In this document: positions 1-12,656 of the stretch, in pieces
How positions within the stretch are numbered: the first letter of the stretch is position 1
How the letters are laid out: each line of letters begins with the position of its first letter
Assembly: GCA_964016885.1 (NCBI GenBank)
Contig: OZ024763.1
Coordinates: 27,404,001 to 27,468,000 of the forward strand
Source of the DNA: Eledone cirrhosa
Lineage: Eukaryota
Length of the DNA stretch: 64,000 nt
Reading direction: 5' to 3'
Notes under the pieces: generated by a model
What the model was told of the DNA's origin: nothing
Databases searched by the model: none
What the model saw: the letters and a program-made list of their open reading frames with translations, nothing else
Program-made: the position numbers and the translations under genes

Positions 1-254
1 ATATATAGTAATACAAGGACGATTGGTTAAGCCTTCATTACATTTATTGGTTGGTGACGCACGTTTCGCTATTGATCAGCTCAAGGTTTGATCTGTATCG
101 ATCTGGCTCGACTCTGGAATCAAAAGCTCGTCGAACCTCTGTTGTACTAATGACAGAATAAGTACAGTAACTCCCTGCATATATATATATATATTTCTAT
201 ATATATTGGTTTATATTGGAATATATATATATATATATATATATTAGTTTCAGA

Positions 255-413
255 TTGAGGCCAACACGACTAATTTTTGCATTACTGGTACTTTATTAAA
301 GATGAAAGGCAAAATTAACTTCGTCAGAATTTGAACTCAGATCTTAAAGGGCCGTAACTCTGTGTCATAAAGCATGTTGTTCGACGTTCCACCGGTACTG
401 CAAAATCCGCCGC
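255..413 (-). mobile_element. Octopus-type tRNA-derived SINE, diverged
   Basis: Reverse complement of the ctgagttcaaat...ttgcctttcatc...aaagtaccagtaa core seen in many other copies in the window. Confidence 0.7.
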
Positions 414-584
414 GTAAAAGTACCTAATGGTTTGTCGGATTATTTTCGTTTTTTTTATATATTTAGACAACTTTATATTTTCTTTATTTATCCTTTGCGA
501 TCCTGTCGAACTTTCTTTCCCCTTTTCCATATAAAACACGAAACTAATAAGACTTTTTGTACCTATTTCGTCGTTTCCTTGAAC

Positions 585-655
<71 letters not shown>

Positions 656-657
<2 letters not shown>

Positions 658-780
658 GGGGCCCAGAACCCAACGAAACTTGAGTACTTGTTTATGTCAC
701 TGTTGTAATTATTTATACTAAACTTGTCCTATGGACTGAGTGCTCTTACTCTTGGATATTTCCACTTAACTTTTACTTCA

Positions 781-783
<3 letters not shown>
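656..783 (+). mobile_element. Penelope-like pLTR fragment (family A relative) with 3' half of a hammerhead
   Basis: TTGGG..CCCAA stem II, GAAA, ACT-TG-AGT stem III, A; shares ggactgagtgctct and gtcc.atgg with 5188-5343; bounded by (TA)n. Confidence 0.6.
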
Positions 784-841
<58 letters not shown>

Positions 842-846
<5 letters not shown>

Positions 847-1274
847 TATTAAAATAACAGATTAAAGTTTAAGCAAAGAATCGCTGCTTTCACCCTTAAC
901 GGGATCTTCTGAAACTAACAAAGTCAATCTGTAAACGCAGAACTGGATATTTCAAAAATCGTTGCAACCGGAGGAAGACAGGAAGACGATACTTTGGTTC
1001 GTGGAAACATTCGCGGGAAAAAACGAATAATACGTCATTAATAGGAGCGATGAAAAACAATTACGCGCAAAGACAGAACCACGTTTATGGTATAAAAGAG
1101 GTCGTAGACTAATGTTCTCTTAGGTGGTGCAGAGAGACGTTCTGTATCGGAGATTCATTTGGTCTCCTAGTTAGAATTTTAGTCTACGACTTCTGCTATG
1201 CCATTTACGTGGTTTTGTCTTTGCGTGCTATTGTTCTCCACGCTCCACATATGACTTATTATCTTCGTTTTTTC
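842..1274 (-). mobile_element. Penelope-like non-coding insert, family B
   Basis: Starts at (TA)n; near-identical to 3830-3965 and 42812-42965; carries a hammerhead-like motif and a long imperfect hairpin. Confidence 0.65.
866..916 (-). ncRNA. Type I hammerhead ribozyme, variant core CAGAAGA (family B)
   Basis: AGTTT-CAGAAGA-T-CCC-GTTAA-GGG-T-GAA-AGCA-gcgattctt-TGCT-T-AAACT; all three stems pair. Confidence 0.6.
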
Positions 1275-1276
1275 AT

Positions 1277-1322
1277 TTGGTCATTCTATGATAGTATCTT
1301 GGTCAGCTTATGAAATTTTCAG

Positions 1323-1323
<1 letters not shown>
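1277..1323 (+). mobile_element. mariner 3' terminal fragment
   Basis: Matches 63650-63700 (cattc.atga.agtatcttggtcag...tttcagc). Confidence 0.6.
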
Positions 1324-1358
<35 letters not shown>

Positions 1359-1364
<6 letters not shown>

Positions 1365-1620
1365 ATACTTTGGGAGGGTCATGTTGCCAATAAGAAACAC
1401 ACGCACCAGTTGCTTTCACTTCAATTTATTATATATTTATAAATTTACAAGTTTATAAATTTATAAATTTCTGGTTGGTTGGTTGGTTCCACAACCAGAT
1501 AGTTGTTTATATATAGTCATAGTTCTTTCGTCACACACTCTGTGACCTCTTCAGTGACTGGGGATTCCTTTCTTTGTTTCTGTGCCTCTCCTTTGTTCTG
1601 TCCTACGCCATTTTGTTTCT
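1359..1620 (-). mobile_element. Penelope-like pLTR, family D
   Basis: Reverse complement of 19625-19892; ends at (TA)n. Confidence 0.7.
1515..1559 (-). ncRNA. Type I hammerhead ribozyme (family D)
   Basis: AGTCA-CTGAAGA-G-GTCACA-gagtg-TGTGAC-GAA-AGAACT-A-TGACT. Confidence 0.85.
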
Positions 1621-1648
1621 GTGTGTGTGTTGTGTGTTATGATTAGTT

Positions 1649-1747
<99 letters not shown>

Positions 1748-2210
1748 TATATATATACACAGTATATACATAAGTATGTACAGCCATACTGGTTTTGCTC
1801 GATGACAACTAAACTATCAGATATAGAATATATATGTCCTATGCTAGTTGAAGTGTGAAATCATACATCTGTGTTGAGATCTTATTCATATGTGTGTGTG
1901 TGTGCGTGTGTGCGTGTGTGTGTGTGTTTATGTGTGTACGTGTGCATGTAAGCATGTATATATAGATTATATTTATATATATATATATATATATATATAG
2001 ACTCACACACACACACAAACCAAATAAAACATACATACATACACACACATAGATACACACATACTTAAACGAACGCGGTTGTGGTAGAAATTGGATTATA
2101 TACACAAACAAACACACACACACACACGCTCTCTCTCCTTCTCTCTTTCTCTCTCTCACACACACACACACGCGCGCGCTCTCTCCCTCTCTCTCTCTCA
2201 CACACACATA

Positions 2211-2254
<44 letters not shown>

Positions 2255-2271
2255 TATATATATATGTATAT

Positions 2272-2306
<35 letters not shown>

Positions 2307-2341
2307 TACATGTAAACGAACGTGGCTTAGTTAAAAACTGG

Positions 2342-2447
<106 letters not shown>

Positions 2448-3019
2448 GTCTTCAGGTCTTTGAATAATGGAAGCGGAATTGTTGTCGGCTGCTCGCTTCC
2501 ATTCTACCTACATTCCCATAGAGCCGTTCAAACAACATCGCCAAATGATTTATAGAATGGTTAAAACATGGCAAAGACTGCGAGGTCAACTTGAACCCGT
2601 TGCCGCCACCTTCGCACTCGTGTCCGGCATGTGGTGGTGGTGGTGGTGGTGGTGGTGGTGGTGGTGGTGGTGGTGAACGTGATATTGTTGTTGTTGTTGT
2701 TGTTGTTGCTGGATTGTGTTGCCGGATTGTGTTTGTAGGTGGTAAAGGTGGTGGTGAAGGTGATATTGTGTTTTGTTGTTGTTGTTGGTGGTGATGGGGG
2801 AGGTGGTGGTGGTGATGGTGAGGGTGGTGGTGGTGGTTGTGGCTGTGGTGGTGGGATTGTGTTGGAGGTGGTAGTGGAGGTGGTGGTGGTGTTGGTGGTG
2901 GTGGTGGTAGTGGTATTTATTATACGGACAGAATATAAATCGTGTGAATATGTGTGTACGTACGTACTTATGTATGTGTATGTATGTATGCATTCATTCA
3001 CACATACACACACACCTAT

Positions 3020-3078
<59 letters not shown>

Positions 3079-3217
3079 TATGAATCCATGGATGTATACA
3101 TATTTGTGTAAATATGTGTTTGAGCACAAATATGAATATATATATTTATATACATACATATATATATATATGTATATAAAAGTATATATATATATATTAT
3201 ATATATGTCTATATATT

Positions 3218-3266
<49 letters not shown>

Positions 3267-3527
3267 AAATTGTGTAGAGGCATTGTGTGTCGGGATATAT
3301 TGTAAGAACATTAAAAACCGTTGCCACATTAATGTAGTTTATGGAACTGATGTCGTGTCGATACTAACTCCCATCTATCACCCCCTCCCCCTCCCCCTCC
3401 CCACCCACATCTATATATATATATATAGCGTCTCTTGATTTATTTGCGATGCTACTGCGCACCATAATCCTGTACCATAGTTAGCTTAAAATAATGAAAC
3501 ACGTGTACCACTCACACGCACACACAT

Positions 3528-3592
3528 AGTTTTCAGAAGATCAGGTAAAAGGTGAAAGCTTTGCTTAAACTTTAATCTGTTATTTTAATAAA

Positions 3593-3596
<4 letters not shown>
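3528..3596 (+). mobile_element. Family B fragment with decayed hammerhead
   Basis: tagttttCAGAAGA..ggtGAAAgc..ttgcttaaactttaatctgttattttaata then (TA)n. Confidence 0.6.
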
Positions 3597-3649
<53 letters not shown>

Positions 3650-3654
<5 letters not shown>

Positions 3655-3699
3655 AATAAATTTGATGACTAAAATCCAAAGAGGGCTCGATAAGGATAA

Positions 3700-3731
<32 letters not shown>

Positions 3732-3965
3732 GAAATTATTGTGTACAGTGCTCAGGTGCACTACAACTCATCAAAGGTGCATGTATAGTACATAGAATAA
3801 TATCAAATATATAAGAACCGTAGAGCAAATATTTATTAAAATAACAGATTAAAGTTTAAGCAAAGAATCGCTGCTTTTACCCTTAACGGGATCTTCAGAA
3901 GATCCCGTTAAGGGTGAAAGCAGCGATTCTTTGCTTAAACTTTAATCTGTTATTTTAATAAATAA
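3650..3965. mobile_element. Family B head-to-head foldback insert, interrupted by a ~90 bp (TAA)n-tailed retroelement end at ~3710-3800
   Basis: Near-perfect palindrome 3830-3963 centred on tcttc-a-gaaga (3897); long arm matches 42812-42900. Confidence 0.7.
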
Positions 3966-3982
3966 ATATATATATATATATA

Positions 3983-4158
3983 TCGTTTCTGAATTTGTTT
4001 AGCAAGATTCTTTATCTGAAATCGTGTGTTGAAACCGATATTGTTATACCAACCAACCAGAAATTTATAAATTTATAAATTTATAAATATATAATAAATT
4101 GAAGTGAAAGCAACTGGTGCGTGTGTTTCTTATTGGCAACATGACCCTCCCAAAGTAT

Positions 4159-4165
<7 letters not shown>
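3983..4165. mobile_element. Family D inverted two-ended insert
   Basis: 3983-4049 is rc of 19883-19950; 4050-4165 matches 19760-19892; both outer ends run into (TA)n. Confidence 0.7.
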
Positions 4166-4197
<32 letters not shown>

Positions 4198-4346
4198 CTT
4201 AAAAAATATATCATACACAAAACGCCAGCATCATCAGTTTTCCAAGAGATAGGAGCATGGACGGACCTGTTTAATATATTCCGTCAATATACTGTGCCGA
4301 TTGTGTTGTTATTTCTGTTTACCTTTTATATATATATATATATATG

Positions 4347-4731
4347 TATTGTTATACTTGGGGAGGGTCATATTTGCGTAATATTGCCAGAATTAATAAC
4401 AGAACACACTCACTGTTTGGTTGGGTTTCGCTTCTCGCTGTCTTTTATATATGCGATCTAACTTAATCGGTCCTCAATGTTGCCATTGACTGACCGACGG
4501 TCAAAAATAATACAGATACAATATAGACACAAACACAAATATATAGTTTACATAATTTACATAAATCTTTCGTTGCACATCTGCAACATCGTCAGTGGTG
4601 TTATATTCTTTGTTCCTCCTGTTGTGTTGTATGTCTACGCCATTTTTTTATTCAGTCTGTCTATATATTTATTTATTTATTTGCTTGTTTGTTTATCTTA
4701 TTTCATATTTCATATAAAAAACCTCGCTAAA

Positions 4732-4735
<4 letters not shown>
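4347..4735 (-). mobile_element. Diverged family D relative
   Basis: Same terminus (tgttatacttggggagggtcat) and ctacgccattttt motif as family D. Confidence 0.6.
4558..4599 (-). ncRNA. Type I hammerhead ribozyme, weak stem I
   Basis: CA-CTGACGA-T-GTTGCA-gatg-TGCAAC-GAA-AGATTT-A-TG. Confidence 0.6.
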
Positions 4736-4795
<60 letters not shown>

Positions 4796-4920
4796 GTAAA
4801 CATATATATATATATATATATTAGTTTAGCGAGGTTTTTTATATGAAATATGAAATAAGATAAACAAACAAGCAAATAAATAAATAAATATATAGACAGA
4901 CTGAATAAAAAAATGGCGTA

Positions 4921-5020
4921 GACATAGTGGTGACGCAGGACATGGCAGCGATAATGAAGGACAGAGACCGCTGGAGAGAACTCGTCCATGGATCTCGGGA
5001 ATTTTACCCGCCTTAGAGTT
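4921..5020 (+). mobile_element. RTE-clade LINE 3' end fragment
   Basis: Translates DIVVTQDMAAIMKDRDRWRELVHGSREFYPP*; the M.DRD.WR..V pattern is typical of RTE ORF C-termini. Confidence 0.55.
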
Positions 5021-5118
5021 AGTGGTGGAACACTGGAAGGTAATATCCGTAGTGGTAGAGCACTCAGTCCATGGGACGAGTTAGGTAGAAGTGGTTACAC
5101 AACAGTTAGTTCACCACA

Positions 5119-5158
5119 CCGAGAACAATTGTTTCACCTTCGCGGATCTTCAGCTCGG
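5119..5158 (-). ncRNA. Type I hammerhead ribozyme (family A)
   Basis: CCGAG-CTGAAGA-T-CC-gcgaa-GG-T-GAA-ACAATTGT-T-CTCGG. Confidence 0.85.
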
Positions 5159-5205
5159 AATGGACATGGTTATAGGAACAGGAAGGACCTATAACCATGT
5201 CCATT

Positions 5206-5245
5206 CCGAGCTGATGATCCGCGAAGGTGAAACAATTGTTCTCGG
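5206..5245 (+). ncRNA. Type I hammerhead ribozyme (family A)
   Basis: CCGAG-CTGATGA-T-CC-gcgaa-GG-T-GAA-ACAATTGT-T-CTCGG. Confidence 0.85.
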
Positions 5246-5365
5246 TGTGGTGAACTAACTGTTGTGTAACCACTTCTACCTAACTCGTCCCATGGACTGA
5301 GTGCTCTACCACTACGGATATTACCTTCCAGTGTTCCACCACTATATATATATATAGTGTAACCA

Positions 5366-5434
<69 letters not shown>

Positions 5435-5437
<3 letters not shown>

Positions 5438-5625
5438 AATGCGTGTTGGATTCGCAATCGTGAGGTTGTGAGTTCAATTCCTGGACCAGACGATGCGTTA
5501 TGTCCTTGAGCAAGACACTTTATTTCACGTTGCTCCTTCTACCTGGAGTTGCGACCGATAGATAGTATTAGCAATTGGAAAGACCAACGGAAACATTGTT
5601 TCCTCGGTCCGATTTGACGAAAGTC
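5435..5625 (+). mobile_element. tRNA-derived SINE with CORE-like domain
   Basis: B box gagttcaattcc then tgtccttgagcaagacacttt; same family as 31890-32098 and 49145-49330. Confidence 0.7.
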
Positions 5626-5659
5626 GATCGTTCCTAATAAAAAAAATAATAATATATAT

Positions 5660-5896
5660 ATAGGAAAAGAGTCAGGATCCCGACGGCTGAGCTCCGGCCT
5701 TTTCGACAGCTAGATCTGATCTAACCCAGTAGTTACCTAACACTACTGGGTTAGTTCAGATCTAGCAGTCGAAACGGCCGCTGGAGCTCAGCCGTCGGGG
5801 TCCTGACTCTTTTCTTATTACCCACTCTACTACCCAAAGTATCGAGTAATCTAGTGTGTTATGGTCCACCTGGTTCCTTACTACACTTCCTTCGTT
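5660..5896. mobile_element. Family C foldback insert with hammerhead 3' half
   Basis: Palindrome 5660-5818; GAA-ACGGC..GCCGT-C-GGGGTCC; tail ends ttcgtt(AT)n. Confidence 0.7.
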
Positions 5897-6166
5897 ATAT
5901 ATATATATATATGGTGTGTGTATGTCAGGAGTTTGCGACCGGTAGATAGACAGTATCAGCAACTGAAAGACCTATGGAAACATTGTTTCCTTGGTCCGAT
6001 TTTGCGAGTTCCATTACACTCGGTAAGCAAAATAATTGAGGTCGTATCGCGTCGATCGATATTCGATTTGACGACATATAGGTGAACAAAATAAAAAAAA
6101 AAAATGAAAGAATAAAAAGAAAAAAAAAGAAAGAATAAAAAGGAAAAAAAAAACAAACAAACCCAT

Positions 6167-6207
6167 GTCACGTGAGACCATTTGGTGACGTCATTTTTGT
6201 GACGTAA
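6167..6207. promoter_or_regulatory. Cluster of E-box/CLEAR-like and CRE sites
   Basis: TCACGTGA 6168-6175, TGACGTCA 6186-6193, TGACGTAA 6200-6207. Confidence 0.35.
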
Positions 6208-6672
6208 ATTGATACAGTTAATGTGTTAAAGTTATCGCAAAAATACAAACATGGAAACAACAACAACAACAACAACAGCATCAGCATCAGAAGCATCAGT
6301 AGTAGCATCAGCAGTAGCATCAGCAGTAGCAGCAGCATCCGCTACGAAAATAAATGAGAATTAGATGCGCACACTTGATTACACATATATAGACACACAT
6401 ATATACGCACACACACATATATACATATTGTACACTCATATACAAATAAATATAGACACATACAAACATGTATATATGTTTGTATATATATATATATATG
6501 TATACATACATATATATATGTATACATACATATATATATATATGTATGTATACATATATATATATATATATATGTATACATATATATATGTATACATACA
6601 TATATATATATATGTATACATATATATATGTATACATACACATTGCATACATATACATACATAAAATAATAG

Positions 6673-6731
<59 letters not shown>

Positions 6732-7256
6732 CATGTGCACAAATACATATATACAAATATATGCAAACACACACATATACATACAAATATACATGATTAC
6801 ATACACACACACACACAAACATATATATATATGCACACACACACATACACGCACACATATATATATATATGTATGTGTAGACGCATACACACATATATAT
6901 ATATGTACATGTACACAAACACACACACACATACACATATATATGTATGTGTAGACGCATACACACATATATATATATATGTATGTGTACACGCATGCAC
7001 ACATATATATGTACATGTACACAAACACACACACACATCCACATATATATGTATGTGTAGACGCATACACACATATATATATATGTACATGTACACAAAC
7101 ACACACACACATACACACATATATATATATATACACACACACACACATATGTGTATATATGTACACACACATATACATATCTTGGACATTAATCTCTGCC
7201 AGAGCCTCTGTTCAATAGACACAAATCCTGTTATAATCCAGGTATCGTTTACATTG

Positions 7257-7303
<47 letters not shown>

Positions 7304-8289
7304 CTCTCTCTCTCTCTCTCTATTTCTCTCTCTCTCACACACACACGAGCGCGCTCTCCCCCCTCTCTCTCTCTCACACACACATACGCTCTCTCTATCT
7401 CTATCTCATTCTCTCTCTCATTCGCTCTCTCTCTCTCATTCACTCTCTCTCTCTCTCTCACAAACACATACACACACACACAAACACACACACACTCTCT
7501 CTCACTCTCTGTCTTTCTCATACACACACATACATATATATGTATGTACATATGTATATATATGTCTATATATATATATGCATGTATATATCATATATCA
7601 ACGATCATCGTTATAATTATATATATGTGTATATATATATATACATGCATATATATACATATATGGTGGCTGCCAACTCGTTTTCGAGTAGGGCCACTAC
7701 TTTATATCCATGTAGGAGAACCCCTACCGATGCGCTGAACGAGTGTGACTTTTTAGTCCAGCCAGCGACTTGAAAACTCTGGTACAAACACTACACTTGT
7801 GACACTTATTGACACATAGTGCTGGGCCCATGGTACCATGTGACGACAAGTGCAGAGAGATCTCCAGATATAAAGCAATGCCTGTGCCGTGAAGCTTTTA
7901 TAGGGAGCAAAGGTACTGCACAAAGCCAGTCCCACTCTCTTAACCAAGATGATATTTACCAAAAAGAAGAACAAGTCAACATCATTGGATACCATCAGGG
8001 TTGCAGGTGTTATATCAGAGTGTTCCTTCTAGAATTCTGCCTTGACAAAGGCTAAGGGGTCATCTCTCCCAGTGATTTTGGATGGCCATTGACTCTTAAG
8101 AGCTCCTTTGCCCTTTGACAGGTTTTGTTTTTAGTCCTGCAGGATGTCAAAAGTCACCCTCCTCACCAAGAAACCTTGGTGGGGTTGCCAGTTTAGTCGC
8201 CAACGACCCGACCATGAGACAGGTTGTACTGGGATACATGTTACCAGTAGCACCAACTGGTGACCTGACATACATATACATATATATAC

Positions 8290-8324
<35 letters not shown>

Positions 8325-8326
8325 CT

Positions 8327-8380
<54 letters not shown>

Positions 8381-8789
8381 ACAAACGATGGTTGTAGGAA
8401 TACATTATCATCAGACTTTGCAGAAATATACTGAGAAAGGACAGACTGAATAACACACACATACACACACATACACACACACCTTATGCATACACGCCTC
8501 ACACACACCGATATACGTACATACTCACCTCTTACACACACCTCGTACTCACACACCTCTCACACACATTCTTCACACGCTCAAACACACTTCCCTCCTC
8601 CCACACAGACACACACACACACCACATACATAGACGCCTCTCACACACACACACATCTCTCATACTCACACATCTCACTCACACTCCTCACACACTCCTC
8701 ACACACTCACACACACTCCTCACACACTCACACACACTCCTCATCACTCACGCACACTATATATGATATAATATAATATAATATAATAT

Positions 8790-8924
8790 AATTTCTCATT
8801 CTCTCTTCTGATGAAGGACTAGCGTCCGAAACGTTAAGACCCTCTTCCTACTATTTCAAGCGGTAACCTAAAATATTCCTTCCATATACTGTACCGAATG
8901 TGTTGTTATTTCTGTTTACCTTTT

Positions 8925-8925
<1 letters not shown>
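8790..8925 (+). mobile_element. Penelope-like pLTR, family E
   Basis: Matches 38045-38175 and the 3' tail at 4280-4328. Confidence 0.7.
8804..8839 (+). ncRNA. Minimal type I hammerhead ribozyme (family E)
   Basis: TCTT-CTGATGA-A-GGAC-tagc-GTCC-GAA-ACGT-T-AAGA; palindromic ACGT replaces stem III as in PLE minimal hammerheads. Confidence 0.85.
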
Positions 8926-9000
<75 letters not shown>

Positions 9001-9007
9001 ATAAATG

Positions 9008-9043
<36 letters not shown>

Positions 9044-9045
9044 TG

Positions 9046-9096
<51 letters not shown>

Positions 9097-9146
9097 AAAT
9101 CTCTCTATCTCTCTCTCTCTATATATATATATATATGTATATATAT

Positions 9147-9203
<57 letters not shown>

Positions 9204-9212
9204 CATATATAA

Positions 9213-9243
<31 letters not shown>

Positions 9244-9260
9244 TACATATATATTTATAC

Positions 9261-9291
<31 letters not shown>

Positions 9292-9350
9292 CATATATAT
9301 ATATATACATATATATACATATATATATACATATATATACATATATACAT

Positions 9351-9428
<78 letters not shown>

Positions 9429-9652
9429 GTAGGTGTGTACGTGTGAGCGTTTGTGTGTGGAAAGATTTGAATAAATTCCAAGCAACGGAACATTCTTGCC
9501 ATATGGTAACGTCAGGAAATGCATTTTGGTGCCGAAAAAATGGTAAAGTCTTTGAAATACTCACCGAATCAGCAGCTGATTCTACCTAAAGTGGTACCAC
9601 TGTAATCTTATTAAAACGTATTAAATCAATTCGGTCACACACACACATACTA

Positions 9653-9702
<50 letters not shown>

Positions 9703-9784
9703 CCATGCATTCACACACTTTCATCAACTCACATATACTGACACACACACATACACACGTGTAAACACACATACTTATAAATAA

Positions 9785-9850
<66 letters not shown>

Positions 9851-9902
9851 TTATATATGCATATATATATATATATGAACATATATACACATATATACTT
9901 AC

Positions 9903-9944
<42 letters not shown>

Positions 9945-9954
9945 TTATAAATAA

Positions 9955-10008
<54 letters not shown>

Positions 10009-10062
10009 TTATATATGCATATATATATATATATATGAACATATATACACATATATACTTAC

Positions 10063-10098
<36 letters not shown>

Positions 10099-10150
10099 TT
10101 ATATATGCATATATATATATATATGAACATATATACACATATATACTTAC

Positions 10151-10225
<75 letters not shown>

Positions 10226-10264
10226 TATATATATATATGCACATATATACACATATATACATAC

Positions 10265-10303
<39 letters not shown>

Positions 10304-10433
10304 TTAATCAAGACATAAGACAGTCAAGCAACACATTCGGTGACAATCCACCAGAATTGCCTGAAGCCAAAGTATCCATACTTAAAACAAAAATCTTCAC
10401 TTAAATCGGAGAAATTTTACGAAAGATTAAAAC

Positions 10434-10546
<113 letters not shown>

Positions 10547-10583
10547 ACTCGTGGATGTATAAACATATATGAAGCAACGTATG

Positions 10584-10637
<54 letters not shown>

Positions 10638-10734
10638 TATATATATATATATATATGTATCTATTTATGTAAGTATATGGATACATACATTCATATATAC
10701 ATACACACACACACAGACTCACTCACAGACACTG

Positions 10735-10817
<83 letters not shown>

Positions 10818-10862
10818 GAGATTAATGGAACATACATGTATAAATACATACATATATATATA

Positions 10863-10938
<76 letters not shown>

Positions 10939-10949
10939 GTATACATATA

Positions 10950-11021
<72 letters not shown>

Positions 11022-11104
11022 AATACTGTATCTGTATATATATATATATATATATATATGAAAAAGAACACAAGAGCGTCTACAACATCAAAAGATTTTT
11101 ATTG

Positions 11105-11151
11105 GCTAACAATGTTTCTTCCTTACGTGTAACCGTAGGGTTCATCAGAGC
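11105..11151 (-). ncRNA. Type I hammerhead ribozyme (family I) in a (TA)n-bounded insert 11059-11232
   Basis: GCT-CTGATGA-A-CCCTACG-gttaca-CGTAAGG-aa-GAA-ACATTGT-T-AGC, extendable by ttttat/ataaaa. Confidence 0.65.
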
Positions 11152-11299
11152 TATAAAAGGGGTTTGATTGGTGTTATGGACTCTACCAACCAAACACCCA
11201 AGAACAAAGAGTAAAGAGAGTAAAGAGCAAAAGTATATATATATATATTAAAGAAGAGAGGCGGTTTTAAATGTACATACCCTATATTTATTGCATAAT

Positions 11300-11370
11300 C
11301 CTGTTATACGTATTTCGAAGACGTCAACGTGGTTGTATAATAACCCTTTGACGTGTTCTTACCAGACAGG
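11300..11370 (-). ncRNA. Decayed hammerhead (family J), core CTGGTAA
   Basis: CCTGT-ctggtaa-GAA.ACGTCAA...TTGACGT.TTC-GAA-ATACGTAT-A-ACAGG; stems intact, two core substitutions. Confidence 0.55.
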
Positions 11371-11498
11371 TGGAGAGTTGTAATGTTTTTGGTTTTCATG
11401 TTGAATACACATCAACTTCAACGTTAATTTCACGGATAGGTTGTTCGGTTGTTCGTTGACAGCGACGGAGATTTAAGAACATGCATAATGACCAGCCT

Positions 11499-11530
<32 letters not shown>

Positions 11531-11644
11531 ATCACGCACGTACTGTCTCTCTCTCACACACGCACACATATATCCATATATACCTTTCTTGTTCTAGATA
11601 ATACTTAAGACCTTATTATTATTATATATATATATATATGTTTC

Positions 11645-11702
<58 letters not shown>

Positions 11703-11770
11703 TTCTATTTTATATATATATATGATATACATAAACAAACACACACACACACACACACATATATATGTAT

Positions 11771-11801
<31 letters not shown>

Positions 11802-11873
11802 AATATATATACATGTGTATACTAAATATATCTCGTATACCTATATTTATATGGCTTACTTACTTGTTATATA

Positions 11874-11908
<35 letters not shown>

Positions 11909-11927
11909 TATAACTATATATATATAG

Positions 11928-11983
<56 letters not shown>

Positions 11984-12392
11984 TTTACTTTTCAAAGACT
12001 ATTTAACCAACATTCTCCATACAAAAATCCGATTATTGTCTTTCATGGTTTCTAAAGGTTCTCCCCCCCCCCCTTCTCATTCTATTCTTCTTTTCTCTTT
12101 TCGTTTTGCTACATTCTGCCTGTGATAAATAACCGAGTTATATTGGAATTCTTCATAAATTCACAGTATTCTATCATTGTCCAATTTTGGCATCGTTATT
12201 CAACATTTCCTGACAAATTCTTGCAGATTTGTGGAGGTTTTATTACCAATATTCAACTCTGCTGCGAGTTCTTCTCTCGCCTTTTCACGTCTCTTCTCGT
12301 CTCTTCTCGTCTTTTCTCGTCTTTTATCGTCTTTTCTCTTCTCTTCTCTTCTCCTTTCCTCTCTTCCATATATGTATATATATATATATATG

Positions 12393-12424
<32 letters not shown>

Positions 12425-12426
12425 CG

Positions 12427-12615
12427 TTATTCCGGGTTGAATCGGAGGTAACCACAGTAAGTAAAGTACTCAATACATAGCACAGTATAACAGTTTTAAT
12501 ATAGATGAGATTCTACAGGACTAGAACTGTTTCATTCTTTAGAAATCATCAGAAATCATCAGAGATTCCTGATGATTTCTAAAGAATGAAACAGTTCTAG
12601 TCCTGTAGAATCTCA

Positions 12616-12620
<5 letters not shown>
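12427..12620. mobile_element. Family F foldback insert
   Basis: Palindrome 12501-12620 with a 10 bp duplication at the centre; second copy 42583-42746. Confidence 0.75.
12562..12614 (+). ncRNA. Type I hammerhead ribozyme (family F)
   Basis: GAGATTC-CTGATGA-T-TTC-taaa-GAA-T-GAA-ACAG-ttctagtc-CTGT-A-GAATCTC; 7 bp stem I, GUA site. Confidence 0.85.

Positions 12621-12656
<36 letters not shown>

Larger units (their letters stand above)
5021..5343. mobile_element. Family A Penelope-like foldback: 156 bp inverted arms, 11 nt spacer
   Basis: Arms 5021-5176 and 5188-5343 differ at one base; each holds a full hammerhead. Confidence 0.8.

Noticed and set aside
40-90. Possible hammerhead on minus (gct..agc GAA ACGT)
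   Set aside because: No CUGANGA in place, G at H17 and no stem I
940-1323. Extension of the rod hairpin to 943-955 with 1311-1322
   Set aside because: The distal partner is a mariner end fragment, so the pairing is coincidental
2448-2632. Possible host exon
   Set aside because: No recognisable protein similarity or clear splice sites
4200-4245. CTGATGA on the minus strand
   Set aside because: No stem II/GAAA arrangement follows
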